Of a stretch of 64,000 nt of DNA, positions 25,912-35,279 are shown one piece after another. Numbering within the stretch: position 1 is the stretch's first letter; each line of letters opens with the position of its first letter. The notes under the pieces were generated by a model. That model had not been told where the DNA came from and did no database searches. It saw only the letters and a program-made list of their open reading frames with translations. Both the position numbers and the translations under genes were made by a program. The stretch lies in contig MFRW01000009.1 of the NCBI GenBank assembly GCA_001786575.1, positions 24,979-88,978 on the forward strand, in the 5' to 3' direction. Source of the DNA: Candidatus Moranbacteria bacterium RIFCSPHIGHO2_01_FULL_55_24. GTDB taxonomy: Bacteria; Patescibacteriota; Minisyncoccia; Moranbacterales; UBA1568.

Positions 25912-26148
25912 TTACGGGACGGGATCATAGCCTCCGGCGTGCCACGGATGGCACTTCAGAATCCGCCTGATACCCATACTGCTCCCGCGCATGACGCCAT
26001 ACTTCTCGATGGCCTCATACGTGTAAGCGCTACAGGTCGGATGGAAACGGCAAAAGCGCTGCCCGGTAAGCGCTCCTATGACTCCGTGATCGAACGAGAG
26101 AGTCTTCTGGTAAACAACGATGAGAAACAAGAGGATTTTTTTGAGCAC
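25912..26148 (-). CDS. yidD: membrane protein insertion efficiency factor YidD (GTG start)
   Basis: ...[70 protein letters not shown] matches YidD motifs (CRF.PTCS.Y, RR.L.CHP...GG.DPVP). Only the last 78 codons of the 398-codon track ORF are YidD. The rest is antisense to the CorA-family gene. Confidence 0.75.
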   Translation of the reverse strand: MLKKILLFLIVVYQKTLSFDHGVIGALTGQRFCRFHPTCSAYTYEAIEKYGVMRGSSMGIRRILKCHPWHAGGYDPVP

Positions 26149-26189
26149 ACTTTGAGGATATTCCTCTGCCCTGCCTCTTGTCAATCTTT

Positions 26190-26218
26190 TTGTCAATGGG
26201 TTTTCCGGCTGGTATACT
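26190..26218 (+). promoter_or_regulatory. promoter TTGTCA-17-TGgTATACT for the CorA-family gene
   Basis: -35 at 26190-26195, -10 at 26213-26218. Confidence 0.5.
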
Positions 26219-26265
26219 GAAGAGGACTTCCCGGGGAGGGAGGGATTTTCAATACCGAAACACAC

Positions 26266-27174
26266 ATGCAAACCATCGAACACAAGAAGATCACGTGGAT
26301 CGATTTTGAGGATATCTCGCAGGACGACATCATGTACCTGCAGGAGAACTTCAATATCCACCCGCTGGCGATCGAAGAGCTCGTCACTCCTTCGTATCAG
26401 CCGAAAGTGGTCCAGTACGAGAACTGCCTGTTCCTTTCTATCCATATTCCCCTCTTCGATGTGGAGCACCGGACGACGTACCCGGGCGAGCTCGATATCA
26501 TCCTGACCGGGGAGCACCTCATCACGAGCCACAAGCGCGATATCTACCAGCTCGGGAAGTTCTTCCAGGAATTGGAAAAGAGCGAAGGCAAACGCCGTCT
26601 GTATCTGGAGGCCACTCCGGCGCATCTCCTCTACCGCCTGATCGAGATCCTGCTCGACTCCTCTTTCCCGCGGCTCAATCGCATCTCCGAGAAGCTGGAC
26701 TTCATCGAGAGCCAGGTCTTCGCCGAGAAAGAGAAAGAGATGGTGTTCGAGATCTCCGTCCTGAAGCGCGATATCCTGAACTTCCGCCGGACGCTCAAGC
26801 CCCAGCGCTCCATCATCCAGTCGATCGTCCAGAAGGAACACCCTTTCATCCCGCAAGAGACCAAGATCTACTTCGAGGACCTGATCGGCACCAACATCCG
26901 TCTGTGGAACATCCTGGAGAGCCAGAAGGAGACGATCGAGGCGCTCGAAGCGACGAACAACTCGCTCCTCTCGAACAAGCTCGACCTCACCATGAAGGTG
27001 CTCACCATCTTTTCCGCCATCATGCTCCCGATGACCGCCTACTCCAACATGCTGGCCATGAGCGCGCGTATCCCCTTCGGGGACAATCCGAACGCCTTCT
27101 GGATCCATGTCGGATTCATGGCGCTCTTGTCGATCATCACGATGACCGTGTTCCGTATTAAGAAATGGCTGTAA
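26266..27174 (+). CDS. CorA-family divalent cation channel with non-canonical GMN motif
   Basis: CorA architecture: N-terminal cytoplasmic domain, two C-terminal TMs, C-terminal RIKKWL. At the conserved YGMNF position the sequence reads AYSNMLAMS. Confidence 0.75.
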   Translation: MQTIEHKKITWIDFEDISQDDIMYLQENFNIHPLAIEELVTPSYQPKVVQYENCLFLSIHIPLFDVEHRTTYPGELDIILTGEHLITSHKRDIYQLGKFFQELEKSEGKRRLYLEATPAHLLYRLIEILLDSSFPRLNRISEKLDFIESQVFAEKEKEMVFEISVLKRDILNFRRTLKPQRSIIQSIVQKEHPFIPQETKIYFEDLIGTNIRLWNILESQKETIEALEATNNSLLSNKLDLTMKVLTIFSAIMLPMTAYSNMLAMSARIPFGDNPNAFWIHVGFMALLSIITMTVFRIKKWL

Positions 27175-27182
27175 TTCCTGTT

Positions 27183-28601
27183 ATGCTCTCGTTCTACAAC
27201 ACCCTTTCCAAAAAGAAAGAAGAATTCATCCCTCTCAATCCCGGCAAAGTCGGGATGTATGTCTGCGGTCCGACGGTCTATGACTACGCCCATATCGGCA
27301 ATCTGCGGGCCTATGTCTTTTCTGATACCCTGCGGCGCGTCTTGGAAGACGCCGGGTACGAGGTGCGCATGATCAAGAACATCACCGATGTCGGCCACCT
27401 GACCGCCGACGATATCGCCCAGGGCGACCAGGGCGAGGACAAGATCGCCAAGAAGGCGCTTGCCGAGAAGAAGACTCCCGAAGACATCGCTACCTTCTAT
27501 GCCGACTACTTCTTCGCGGCCGAAAACCGGCTGAACATCCTGCCTGCGCATTTCTTCCCGACCGCTACCGCGCATATTCCGCAGATCATCCGCCTGATCG
27601 AAGAGCTGATCGCCAAGGGCCACGCTTATGAGAAGAATGGCAATGTGTTCTATGATGTGACGAGCTTTCCTGCCTACGGGAAACTCTCCGGCAATACCCT
27701 GGAACAGCTCAAAGTCGGCGCGCGCCTGGAGGAACACCCTGACAAGCGGAACCCATGGGACTTCGCGCTCTGGCTCAAGGCGCCCGAGGGCCATCTGATG
27801 CGCTGGGCTTCGCCCTGGAGCGAGGGTTACCCCGGCTGGCACATCGAGTGCAGCGCTATGGCGCTCGAGTATCTGGGGACGACGTTCGACATCCACACCG
27901 GCGGCGAAGACCATATTTTCCCTCACCATGAGGCCGAGATCGCCCAGTCCGAAGGCGCCACCGGAGTCCCGTTCGCCAGATATTTCATGCACGTGCGGCA
28001 TATGCTCGTGGACGGCGAGAAGATGTCCAAATCCAAAGGGAATTTCTATACGTTGGAAGACGTCATAGAGCGCGGCTACAGCCCGATGGATTTCCGTTTG
28101 ATGCTTCTCGGCGCTCACTATCGGAGCCAGATGAACTTCACCTGGGCGGCGCTCGACCAAGCGATGAAGAATCGACGATCCTTCCGCGTTGCCAAGGAAC
28201 GGCTCCTGGGGAGCGAGGTGGTTATGGATGCGGAAGGTTTCGATGGCAAGGAATACGTCGAACGCATCCGTACAGCGCTCCAGGATGATCTCAACACGCC
28301 GGAAGCTCTCGCTATCGCTCTGGAATTCGCCAAGAGTCTGAACACCGCTCTCGATACGAAACAGCCGCTCTCGCTCGAAGGTCTCGCCAATGCCTGGGAG
28401 ACGATCTACAATCTTTTCGGCCTCCAAGACGAGGCGGCCCAGGTAGAGGTTCCGGAAGAAGTGAAGCAGCTGGCCGAAGACCGCATCCGGGCCCGCGAAG
28501 AAGGCCGCTACGCGGACGCCGATGCCCTGCGGAACGAGATCGGCGACAAAGGATTCGTTATCGAGGATCGCCCCGGCGGCTATACCCTCCACAAGGCCTG
28601 A
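27183..28601 (+). CDS. cysS: cysteine--tRNA ligase
   Basis: N-terminus [15 protein letters not shown] aligns to E. coli CysRS. HIGN and KMSKSKGN motifs present. Start is 9 nt after the CorA stop. Confidence 0.95.
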   Translation: MLSFYNTLSKKKEEFIPLNPGKVGMYVCGPTVYDYAHIGNLRAYVFSDTLRRVLEDAGYEVRMIKNITDVGHLTADDIAQGDQGEDKIAKKALAEKKTPEDIATFYADYFFAAENRLNILPAHFFPTATAHIPQIIRLIEELIAKGHAYEKNGNVFYDVTSFPAYGKLSGNTLEQLKVGARLEEHPDKRNPWDFALWLKAPEGHLMRWASPWSEGYPGWHIECSAMALEYLGTTFDIHTGGEDHIFPHHEAEIAQSEGATGVPFARYFMHVRHMLVDGEKMSKSKGNFYTLEDVIERGYSPMDFRLMLLGAHYRSQMNFTWAALDQAMKNRRSFRVAKERLLGSEVVMDAEGFDGKEYVERIRTALQDDLNTPEALAIALEFAKSLNTALDTKQPLSLEGLANAWETIYNLFGLQDEAAQVEVPEEVKQLAEDRIRAREEGRYADADALRNEIGDKGFVIEDRPGGYTLHKA

Positions 28602-28623
28602 ATAAAGGTCTCTTTCCGGGCGC

Positions 28624-28651
28624 TTGAACTCTCGCTCCTGTCTGGTATAAT
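28624..28651 (+). promoter_or_regulatory. promoter TTGAAC-16-TGgTATAAT for dnaB
   Basis: -35 at 28624-28629, -10 at 28646-28651. Leader of about 20 nt lacks an SD. Confidence 0.5.
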
Positions 28652-28678
28652 GGGGAATCTGAATAGCTGTCTCTTTCT

Positions 28679-30040
28679 ATGGCCAAATCGAAGGTCCAGG
28701 ACCACGTCCGCATCCCACCGCAGAACATCGAAGCCGAGACTTCCGTCTTGGGCTCTCTCATGCTGGACAAGGACTCGATCATCAAGGTAGCAGACCTTCT
28801 CAAGGTCGGTGACTTCTACAAGGATGACCACAACGCGATCTACGAGACCATGCTGGCTCTCTACGAGGAGCGTGAACCGATCGATGTCTTGTCGCTTGCG
28901 AACCGTCTCGAGGAAAAAAGCCAACTGGAGCGCATCGGCGGGTCGAGCTATCTGGCCTCTCTCGTGAACTCCGTCCCTTCGGCGACGAACGTGTCTCACT
29001 ATGCCAAGGTCGTCCAGAAGAAGGCTCTCTTGCGCCGCCTCATCGGCGCGGCCAGCGAAATCGTCGAGATGGGATATGACGAAAGCGAAGACGTGCAGAA
29101 GGTCTTGGATGAAGCCGAGCAGAAACTCTTCGCTATTTCCCAGAAGTACATCAAGCAGGATTTCGTGCCGATCAAGTCCATCCTGGAAGTCGCCTTCAAC
29201 CGCATCGACGAGCTCCACAAGGGAGACCATTCCTTCCGCGGTGTCCCGACCCAGTTTCCGGATCTGGACAATCTCTTGGCCGGCCTCCAGAAGTCCGACC
29301 TTATCATCCTGGCCGCCCGCCCGTCCGTGGGTAAGACCACCTTCGCGCTCGATATCGCCCGTCAGGTAGGTGTCCATTCCAAAGTCCCGGTCGGCATCTT
29401 CTCTCTCGAAATGGGTTCCGACCAGCTGGTCGACCGCATGATCGCGGCCCAGGCCGGCGTAGACCTCTGGCGCTTGCGTACCGGCAAGCTCTCGAGTGAA
29501 GGCCCGAACAACGACTTCGAGCGGATTTCCGATGCGATGGGCGTCCTGGCCCAGGCCCCTATTTTCATCGACGACACCGGCTCGCTCAACATCCTGGAGA
29601 TGCGCACGATGGCGCGTCGCCTCCAGGCCGAGCACAACCTGGGTCTCATCATCGTCGACTACCTCCAGCTCATGGAGGGACGCTCGCGCTCCGGTGACAA
29701 CCGCGTCCAGGAAATTTCCGAGATCTCCCGCGGCCTGAAACAGCTGGCGCGCGAATTGAATATCCCGATCATCGCCCTTTCCCAGCTCTCACGTGCCGTA
29801 GAATCCCGCCCTGACCAGATGCCGAAGCTTTCCGACTTGCGCGAATCCGGCTCTATCGAACAGGACGCGGACGTCGTGATGTTCCTCTACCGCGAAGACC
29901 GCGTGAGGCCGGATACTCCGAATAAGAACATCGCCGATATCATCATCGCCAAGCATCGTAACGGTCCCGTGGGCAAGATCCAGCTCTACTTCGAAGACAA
30001 CTCTACGACCTTCAAGTCGCTCGAGAAAATCCATTCATAA
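28679..30040 (+). CDS. dnaB: replicative DNA helicase DnaB
   Basis: N-terminal primase-binding domain. Walker A ARPSVGKT, Walker B IIVDYLQLM. No intein. Confidence 0.95.
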   Translation: MAKSKVQDHVRIPPQNIEAETSVLGSLMLDKDSIIKVADLLKVGDFYKDDHNAIYETMLALYEEREPIDVLSLANRLEEKSQLERIGGSSYLASLVNSVPSATNVSHYAKVVQKKALLRRLIGAASEIVEMGYDESEDVQKVLDEAEQKLFAISQKYIKQDFVPIKSILEVAFNRIDELHKGDHSFRGVPTQFPDLDNLLAGLQKSDLIILAARPSVGKTTFALDIARQVGVHSKVPVGIFSLEMGSDQLVDRMIAAQAGVDLWRLRTGKLSSEGPNNDFERISDAMGVLAQAPIFIDDTGSLNILEMRTMARRLQAEHNLGLIIVDYLQLMEGRSRSGDNRVQEISEISRGLKQLARELNIPIIALSQLSRAVESRPDQMPKLSDLRESGSIEQDADVVMFLYREDRVRPDTPNKNIADIIIAKHRNGPVGKIQLYFEDNSTTFKSLEKIHS

Positions 30041-30046
30041 AACAAA

Positions 30047-30643
30047 ATGGCTCTCTATCCGAAAGCGTTCCAATCGCTCATCGCGCATTTTTCTTCCTTG
30101 CCCTCCGTCGGTCCGAAGATGGCCGAGCGCGTCGTGCTCTATCTTTTCAAGCAAGACCCGGGGAAGCTCCAGGACTTCGCCGAGAGTTTCGAAGCGCTCC
30201 AGGAACTCAAGAGCTGCAAGCGCTGCTTCCATATCGCTGAAGGCGAGCTCTGCAGTATCTGTCAGGATGCCAAGCGCGAACAGTCCATCATCTGTCTCGT
30301 TGAAGAGCCTCTGGATGTCATCGCGATCGAACGGACCGGAGCGTACCACGGCCTCTACCATGTGCTCGGAGGGGTCATCGAAAGCGGGAAGAACGAGACG
30401 AACGGCCACCTGCGCGTGAGCGAGCTCCTACAGCGCGTTTCGGACGAGGGTACGGAAGAGGTAGTGCTTGCGACCAATCCGACCACCGAAGGCGATCTGA
30501 CGGCCCTGTATATCAAGAAAAAGCTCGAGCCGACCGGAGTCAAAGTGACCCGCATCGCCCGCGGCCTCGCTACCGGCGGGGACATCGAATATGCGGATGA
30601 GCTGACTCTCTCTTCCGCCCTGACGAACCGGAGGCAGATCTGA
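30047..30643 (+). CDS. recR: recombination protein RecR
   Basis: HhH (LPSVGPKMAERV), C4 zinc finger CKRCFHIAEGELCSIC and Toprim domain. Confidence 0.9.
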   Translation: MALYPKAFQSLIAHFSSLPSVGPKMAERVVLYLFKQDPGKLQDFAESFEALQELKSCKRCFHIAEGELCSICQDAKREQSIICLVEEPLDVIAIERTGAYHGLYHVLGGVIESGKNETNGHLRVSELLQRVSDEGTEEVVLATNPTTEGDLTALYIKKKLEPTGVKVTRIARGLATGGDIEYADELTLSSALTNRRQI

Positions 30644-30650
30644 ATGGAAA

Positions 30651-30682
30651 AAGAAAAAGGACCCTTTTCGGGGTCCTTTTTT
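30651..30682. terminator. bidirectional terminator between recR and rplU
   Basis: aagaaaaa-ggaccc-ttttcg-gggtcc-tttttt. Confidence 0.7.
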
Positions 30683-30685
30683 GAT

Positions 30686-31003
30686 TTAGGCGGAAATCTT
30701 GGTGATCTCGAGCTCTGTGAATGGCTGGCGATGGCCGAAGCGCACCAGATAGCGCTTCTTCGGCTTGTGCTTGATACCCTTCACTTTATCGTGGCGGCCA
30801 TGGGAGAGGATTTTGGCCTCGACAGCCGCCTTCTCGAGGACCGGCATACCGACCTCGACGCTTTTCTCATCACCGACAAACAGGGTTTCCAGCTTGAGCG
30901 TAGAACCTGCTTCCAAGGCGAGTTTCTCTACCTTGATCTTGTCGCCTTCTGCGACTTTGTATTGTTTTCCACCTGTACGGATTACCGCGATCATATGTGT
31001 CAT
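30686..31003 (-). CDS. rplU: 50S ribosomal protein L21
   Basis: MIAVIRTGGKQYKVAEGDKIKVEKL matches bL21. An ATG at 30994 (MIAV...) is an alternative start. Confidence 0.9.
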   Translation of the reverse strand: MTHMIAVIRTGGKQYKVAEGDKIKVEKLALEAGSTLKLETLFVGDEKSVEVGMPVLEKAAVEAKILSHGRHDKVKGIKHKPKKRYLVRFGHRQPFTELEITKISA

Positions 31004-31026
31004 AGAAGCAAAATTGATACTTAGAG

Positions 31027-31055
31027 AGTATACGGGAATTCCCGGTTCCTGTCAA
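31027..31055 (-). promoter_or_regulatory. consensus promoter TTGACA-17-TATACT for rplU
   Basis: Minus strand tTTGACAggaaccgggaattcccgTATACT. The spacer contains the palindrome ccgggaattcccgg. Lies within the last codons of alaS. Confidence 0.55.
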
Positions 31056-31066
31056 CAAATCCCCGC

Positions 31067-32947
31067 TTACTGGAGAATCGCCTTGATCCGGCGGACGCCG
31101 GCCGAGGAGGCCTCCTCTTTGACGATCTTAAAACGGCCGAATTGGGCGATATCCGCCGTATTTTTGACATGGGGTCCGCCGCAGAGCTCCTGGGAATAGA
31201 CCGTGCTGTCGGGGCCTTCTACCTGGTAGACGGTCACTTTCTCCGGGTATTTCTCCCAGAAACTCCCCTCGACTCCGGCTGCCTTGGCGGCTTCTTTGTC
31301 CATGACGGTAGTGCCGACTGCCGCCCCGGCCTCGATAGCCTCGTTGACGTAAGCCTCCACCCGGTCGAGCGTTTCGCGCGGGACTTTTTCGGGATAAGTG
31401 AAATCGAAACGGGTCCGTTCTTCCGTGATATTGGAACCGGCCTGGTGCACGTCGTTCCCGAGCTCCTTGCGGAGCGCCGCAAGCAAGAGGTGCGTTGCCG
31501 TGTGGAAAGCAGTCACTTTGGCGCTGTGATCGGCGAGACCGCCTTTGAACTTCCCGGCGCTCGCGGTTCGGGAGAGATCCCGGTGTTTCTTGAATTCTCC
31601 GCGGTAGGTCTCTTCATCCACGACGATACCTTTTTCCTGGGCGATTTCCTGGGTCATCTCGAGCGGAAAGCCGTAGGTGGAGAAGAGTTCGAAAGCATCC
31701 TTTCCGGAAAGCGTTCCGGAAGCCAGGCGTTTCTCGAGTTCCTTCAGGCCGCGGACCAGAGTCTCGCGGAATTTGCTTTCTTCTTTGCCGAGCACTTCCT
31801 CGATCTCCTGTTCCTGTTCCTTCACGCTCGGGTATATGGAGGCATACTCGTCGGTGATGGTAGCAACGCTCGTTTTGAGCATGTTCGGTTGGATGCCGAG
31901 CATATCTGCGAAGCGGACTGACCGGCGGATAAGGCGCCGCAGGACGTAGCCCTGGTCGGTATTCGACGGGCGGACGCCATCGCCGATGAGAAAAACGCTT
32001 GCGCGCATGTGATCCATAAGGATGCGGAAGGCGTAGGTATGCGATATATCTTCCCCGTAGGTCTTCCCGGAGAGTTCTTCCAGCTTCTTGCGGAGCGTAT
32101 CGAAGATATCGCCTCGGAAAATATCCGGGTTATCGTTTTTGGCGGCCATGAGACGCTCCAATCCCCCGCCGAAGTCCACGTTCTTCTGGGCGAGCTTCTC
32201 GAAACCGCTTTCGGTCCGCTTGTATTCCATGAAGACGTTGTTGCCGATCTCTACGAAGCGGCCGCAATCGCAGTTCACATGGCAGGGCTGGTCTCTCCAA
32301 GGGGATGCTTCGTGCAGGCCGAGCTTTGCCCCGAAGTCCCAGAACATCTCGCTGTCCGGTCCGCCCGGTTCTCCTGCCGGCATATTGCCAGGCACGCCGG
32401 CGCGGCTCCACCAGTTCTTCTTCTCGCTGTAGTAGAAGATGTGCTCTCCTTCATGGATACCGTCTTCCTTGGAGTTCTCTCCGATCTTGGCGTCGATGCC
32501 GGCTTCCCGGAATAATTTTTTCCAAAGCTCTGCCGCTTCGGTATCTTTGGGAATGCCGAGCTCTTCGTTGCCGCGGAAACAGGTGAAGGAGAGGCGATGC
32601 GGGTCAAGCCCGATACGTTCGGTGAGGAATTCCCACATCCAGACGATCTGCTCTTGTTTGAAGTAGTCGCCGAAAGACCAGTTGCCGAGCATCTCGAAGA
32701 AGGTCGTATGACGATTGTCGCCGACTTCCTCGATGTCCTGGGCCCGGAAGCACTTCTGCGAATCCGCGATACGGGTTCCTAACGGATGTTTCTCTCCGAG
32801 AAGGAAGGGAATGATCGGCTGCATGCCGGAACCGGTGAAGAGTGTCGTCGGGTCGTTTTCGGGCACGAGCGGAGCCGAAGGCGTGATGGCATGCCCCTTT
32901 TCTTTGAAAAAATCCAAATAAGCGCTGCGGATCTCGTGAGCGTTCAT
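31067..32947 (-). CDS. alaS: alanine--tRNA ligase, short form lacking the C-terminal C-Ala domain
   Basis: Catalytic core, editing-domain HxxxH (HTATHLL) and CGGPH zinc motif present. Protein ends after the editing domain at 626 aa versus about 870 aa. Confidence 0.9.
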   Translation of the reverse strand: MNAHEIRSAYLDFFKEKGHAITPSAPLVPENDPTTLFTGSGMQPIIPFLLGEKHPLGTRIADSQKCFRAQDIEEVGDNRHTTFFEMLGNWSFGDYFKQEQIVWMWEFLTERIGLDPHRLSFTCFRGNEELGIPKDTEAAELWKKLFREAGIDAKIGENSKEDGIHEGEHIFYYSEKKNWWSRAGVPGNMPAGEPGGPDSEMFWDFGAKLGLHEASPWRDQPCHVNCDCGRFVEIGNNVFMEYKRTESGFEKLAQKNVDFGGGLERLMAAKNDNPDIFRGDIFDTLRKKLEELSGKTYGEDISHTYAFRILMDHMRASVFLIGDGVRPSNTDQGYVLRRLIRRSVRFADMLGIQPNMLKTSVATITDEYASIYPSVKEQEQEIEEVLGKEESKFRETLVRGLKELEKRLASGTLSGKDAFELFSTYGFPLEMTQEIAQEKGIVVDEETYRGEFKKHRDLSRTASAGKFKGGLADHSAKVTAFHTATHLLLAALRKELGNDVHQAGSNITEERTRFDFTYPEKVPRETLDRVEAYVNEAIEAGAAVGTTVMDKEAAKAAGVEGSFWEKYPEKVTVYQVEGPDSTVYSQELCGGPHVKNTADIAQFGRFKIVKEEASSAGVRRIKAILQ

Positions 32948-32956
32948 AAGCGGAAT

Positions 32957-33226
32957 CTAGTGGATACTCTTTATCTTTTCTTTGAGAAGCGCGTGATCCG
33001 CCTCTTTTGCCAGAAGATCTTGGCGGATGCGCTCTTTTTCCTTTTCGAGCTTCTCGATCTCTATCTTGGCTCGCTCCACAGTGTTCTTCTGCATGCGGAG
33101 CGCCTCGGCGTTCTGTCTTTCTGTAGCCTTCAGGTGTTCGAGATCGGCCGCGATGATGAGCATATCATTCTCGTAGCGATGCAGTTCCCGGCGGCTTTCT
33201 TCGGTGTTTCCGTGCTGGAGAGACAT
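32957..33226 (-). CDS. hypothetical coiled-coil protein (89 aa)
   Basis: Heptad-rich K/E/L sequence. Downstream of the ftsA-linked gene. No TM segment. Confidence 0.5.
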   Translation of the reverse strand: MSLQHGNTEESRRELHRYENDMLIIAADLEHLKATERQNAEALRMQKNTVERAKIEIEKLEKEKERIRQDLLAKEADHALLKEKIKSIH

Positions 33227-33285
33227 AGGCGGTACTTTGGAGAGAGAAGGTTTACTCTAGCAGATTTTCGGGGCAGAGACAAGCC

Positions 33286-35265
33286 TTATTCGGCCGCTCC
33301 CGAGGTCTCTGAAGGGCTGGAAACGATCGTAATCGTCACGCGGCTTTCTGAAGCGGGGATGCTCGATCCGAACCAATCCGGCTTGAAGAGGAGCTCGATC
33401 TTGCTTACTCCGGGATAGCTTTCCAGAACCTGTTGGATTCCGGCAGTATCCTTTCCGAGAAGTTCGTGTTTGAGCTTGTCCTGGTCTATAGCGGCTTGGA
33501 GAGCGGTTTCCGCATGGACTTTCATGCGGACTTCCCGAGCGTCGTAGTTCGGCGCGATTTCGCCGAAGTCGATCCGGGTATCACCCGCCTTGAAAGTGAC
33601 GCCGTTCACTTCGGTATTCAATGACTGCAGCACCTGTTTTTTGATAATATCTTCGGAAACAGCGAATGCCCGGGCTTTATAGCTCCGCGTGTATTCGAAG
33701 GTAGTCGCCACAGTTCCGGTTTTCGGCAGGTTGGCCGTTTCGAGAGGGGTGATTTCCAGGCTTTCGGAAAGCAGTTTCTCGTCTCCAGCCAGACGTGAGT
33801 TCACTTCTGCCAGAAAGGTTTCCTTCGCTTTCTCTTTGGCGTTATTCTCGGCTTTCTCGAGGTCGGCCTTGGTGATCGTGGCGATGTCGGAACCGGTATT
33901 CCCTCCCCCAGTCATGTTCTTCACGGATTTTCCGGAGAATTTCTCGTACTTCGGGCTGCCCTTGAAGCCGGGGATGGTGAACGTGGTCGGTGCGACATTG
34001 TATTCTTCCCCGGTCTGGTCAGCCATCACTTGAGCCTCGATCGCTCCCGGCTCGCTGGTCATTCCCGGTACGGTGATGCTTTCCGTCAAACGGAAGATTT
34101 TTCCGTCTGGTGTCTCGAAGCGAGTCGTGGCTACAAGCGATTGTGGATCTTTGCTGAATTCGTTATAGATGACGATGCTGCCGCGAGCTTTCTGACTCGA
34201 AGAGGCCGAGCTTCCGGTGGCAGTCTCGGTGACCGTGATCGGAATCTCCTTCTCTTCCAAGCGCACCGGAATCTTGTCGGAAGCGCCTTGCTCCGCCCCT
34301 ACCATCCCTACGAGGTTCAAGTCGCTCTTCTCTGCGGTTTCAAACGGCGTGATACGGACCTCTACCTTGGGGAAGAAGAGGAAAGCGGCCACACCTATAA
34401 CACAGAGAAGCGAAAGGCCTCCGAGGACGAAGAGAACGCCCTTGGCCTTGGCGTGGTGCACTTGCGGGGAGCGCGGTTTTTGAGAACTCGGCTTGGGAGC
34501 GGGAGCACTCGCCGGTTCTCGTCTGACTGGAGCGGATGCGGGAGATGGTATGCCTTGCTCCTGCCCGAAGAAACGCTTGAGAGCATCTTGGCGCTCGCCG
34601 GAATAGCTCCCTGTGCCAAAGTTCGGTTCGGGACGGGCTGAAGGAAGCGGAGCGGCAGTCGGCTTTTCCCCTAGGTTCGGTCTCTGGGCGAGATTCTCTC
34701 GCGGTGTTTCGTGGATGGCTTGCGCTTCTTGGTGGCGCAAAGAGTTGAGGCTGGGCGGACGTTCCGGAGCCGCATTCCGCACGCGGAGCGTCTGCATATC
34801 CTGAAGCGGCGCGCTTGGCGGAGCGGATTCCTCATGGGGCTGCCCCACTATGCCCATGCTCCCGCCGAAAAAGTCCGAGCTTCCGATGTTTTCGGAACGC
34901 GGGAGCGATTGTGACATTTCAGGAGAGGCTGGCGCGGCTTCACCTTTCGGAGGGGTATTGGGAACCCGAGCGGGTACCGGAATCTCTACGTGGTTCGCTT
35001 TCTGCGAGAAGTCGTCGGAGTATGTTTCTGTCTCGACGCCAGCCTTTTCGGCGAGCATTCTCCCGGTCTCGTCCTGGGTCACGACGATAATCTTCTTTCC
35101 GAGCTTCTGCGCTTCGCGCTGGAAGAGACGCAGGTTGACGATGCTTTGTAGGACGAGGGCACGTTTCGGGAAAACGAAGATATTCTCTCCCTCGGAAGAT
35201 TTCCGTAGGCGTCCGATGACGGAAATGATCTCTTCATCGCTCTCTATGTAAAATGTCTGTGACAT
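33286..35265 (-). CDS. bitopic membrane protein (659 aa) encoded directly after the FtsA-family gene
   Basis: N-terminal ~85-aa cytoplasmic module. ~190-aa Pro/Ala/Ser-rich low-complexity linker. One TM (VLFVLGGLSLLCVIGVAAFLFF). ~360-aa extracytoplasmic domain with no known motifs. Start is 15 nt after the ftsA stop. Confidence 0.6.
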   Translation of the reverse strand: MSQTFYIESDEEIISVIGRLRKSSEGENIFVFPKRALVLQSIVNLRLFQREAQKLGKKIIVVTQDETGRMLAEKAGVETETYSDDFSQKANHVEIPVPARVPNTPPKGEAAPASPEMSQSLPRSENIGSSDFFGGSMGIVGQPHEESAPPSAPLQDMQTLRVRNAAPERPPSLNSLRHQEAQAIHETPRENLAQRPNLGEKPTAAPLPSARPEPNFGTGSYSGERQDALKRFFGQEQGIPSPASAPVRREPASAPAPKPSSQKPRSPQVHHAKAKGVLFVLGGLSLLCVIGVAAFLFFPKVEVRITPFETAEKSDLNLVGMVGAEQGASDKIPVRLEEKEIPITVTETATGSSASSSQKARGSIVIYNEFSKDPQSLVATTRFETPDGKIFRLTESITVPGMTSEPGAIEAQVMADQTGEEYNVAPTTFTIPGFKGSPKYEKFSGKSVKNMTGGGNTGSDIATITKADLEKAENNAKEKAKETFLAEVNSRLAGDEKLLSESLEITPLETANLPKTGTVATTFEYTRSYKARAFAVSEDIIKKQVLQSLNTEVNGVTFKAGDTRIDFGEIAPNYDAREVRMKVHAETALQAAIDQDKLKHELLGKDTAGIQQVLESYPGVSKIELLFKPDWFGSSIPASESRVTITIVSSPSETSGAAE

Positions 35266-35279
35266 ATCCAGGTGTAATT

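Noticed and set aside
25912-27108. 398-codon minus-strand ORF containing yidD at its end.
   Set aside because: Only the last 78 codons match YidD. The remaining 320 codons are antisense to the well-supported CorA-family gene and have the typical antisense composition.
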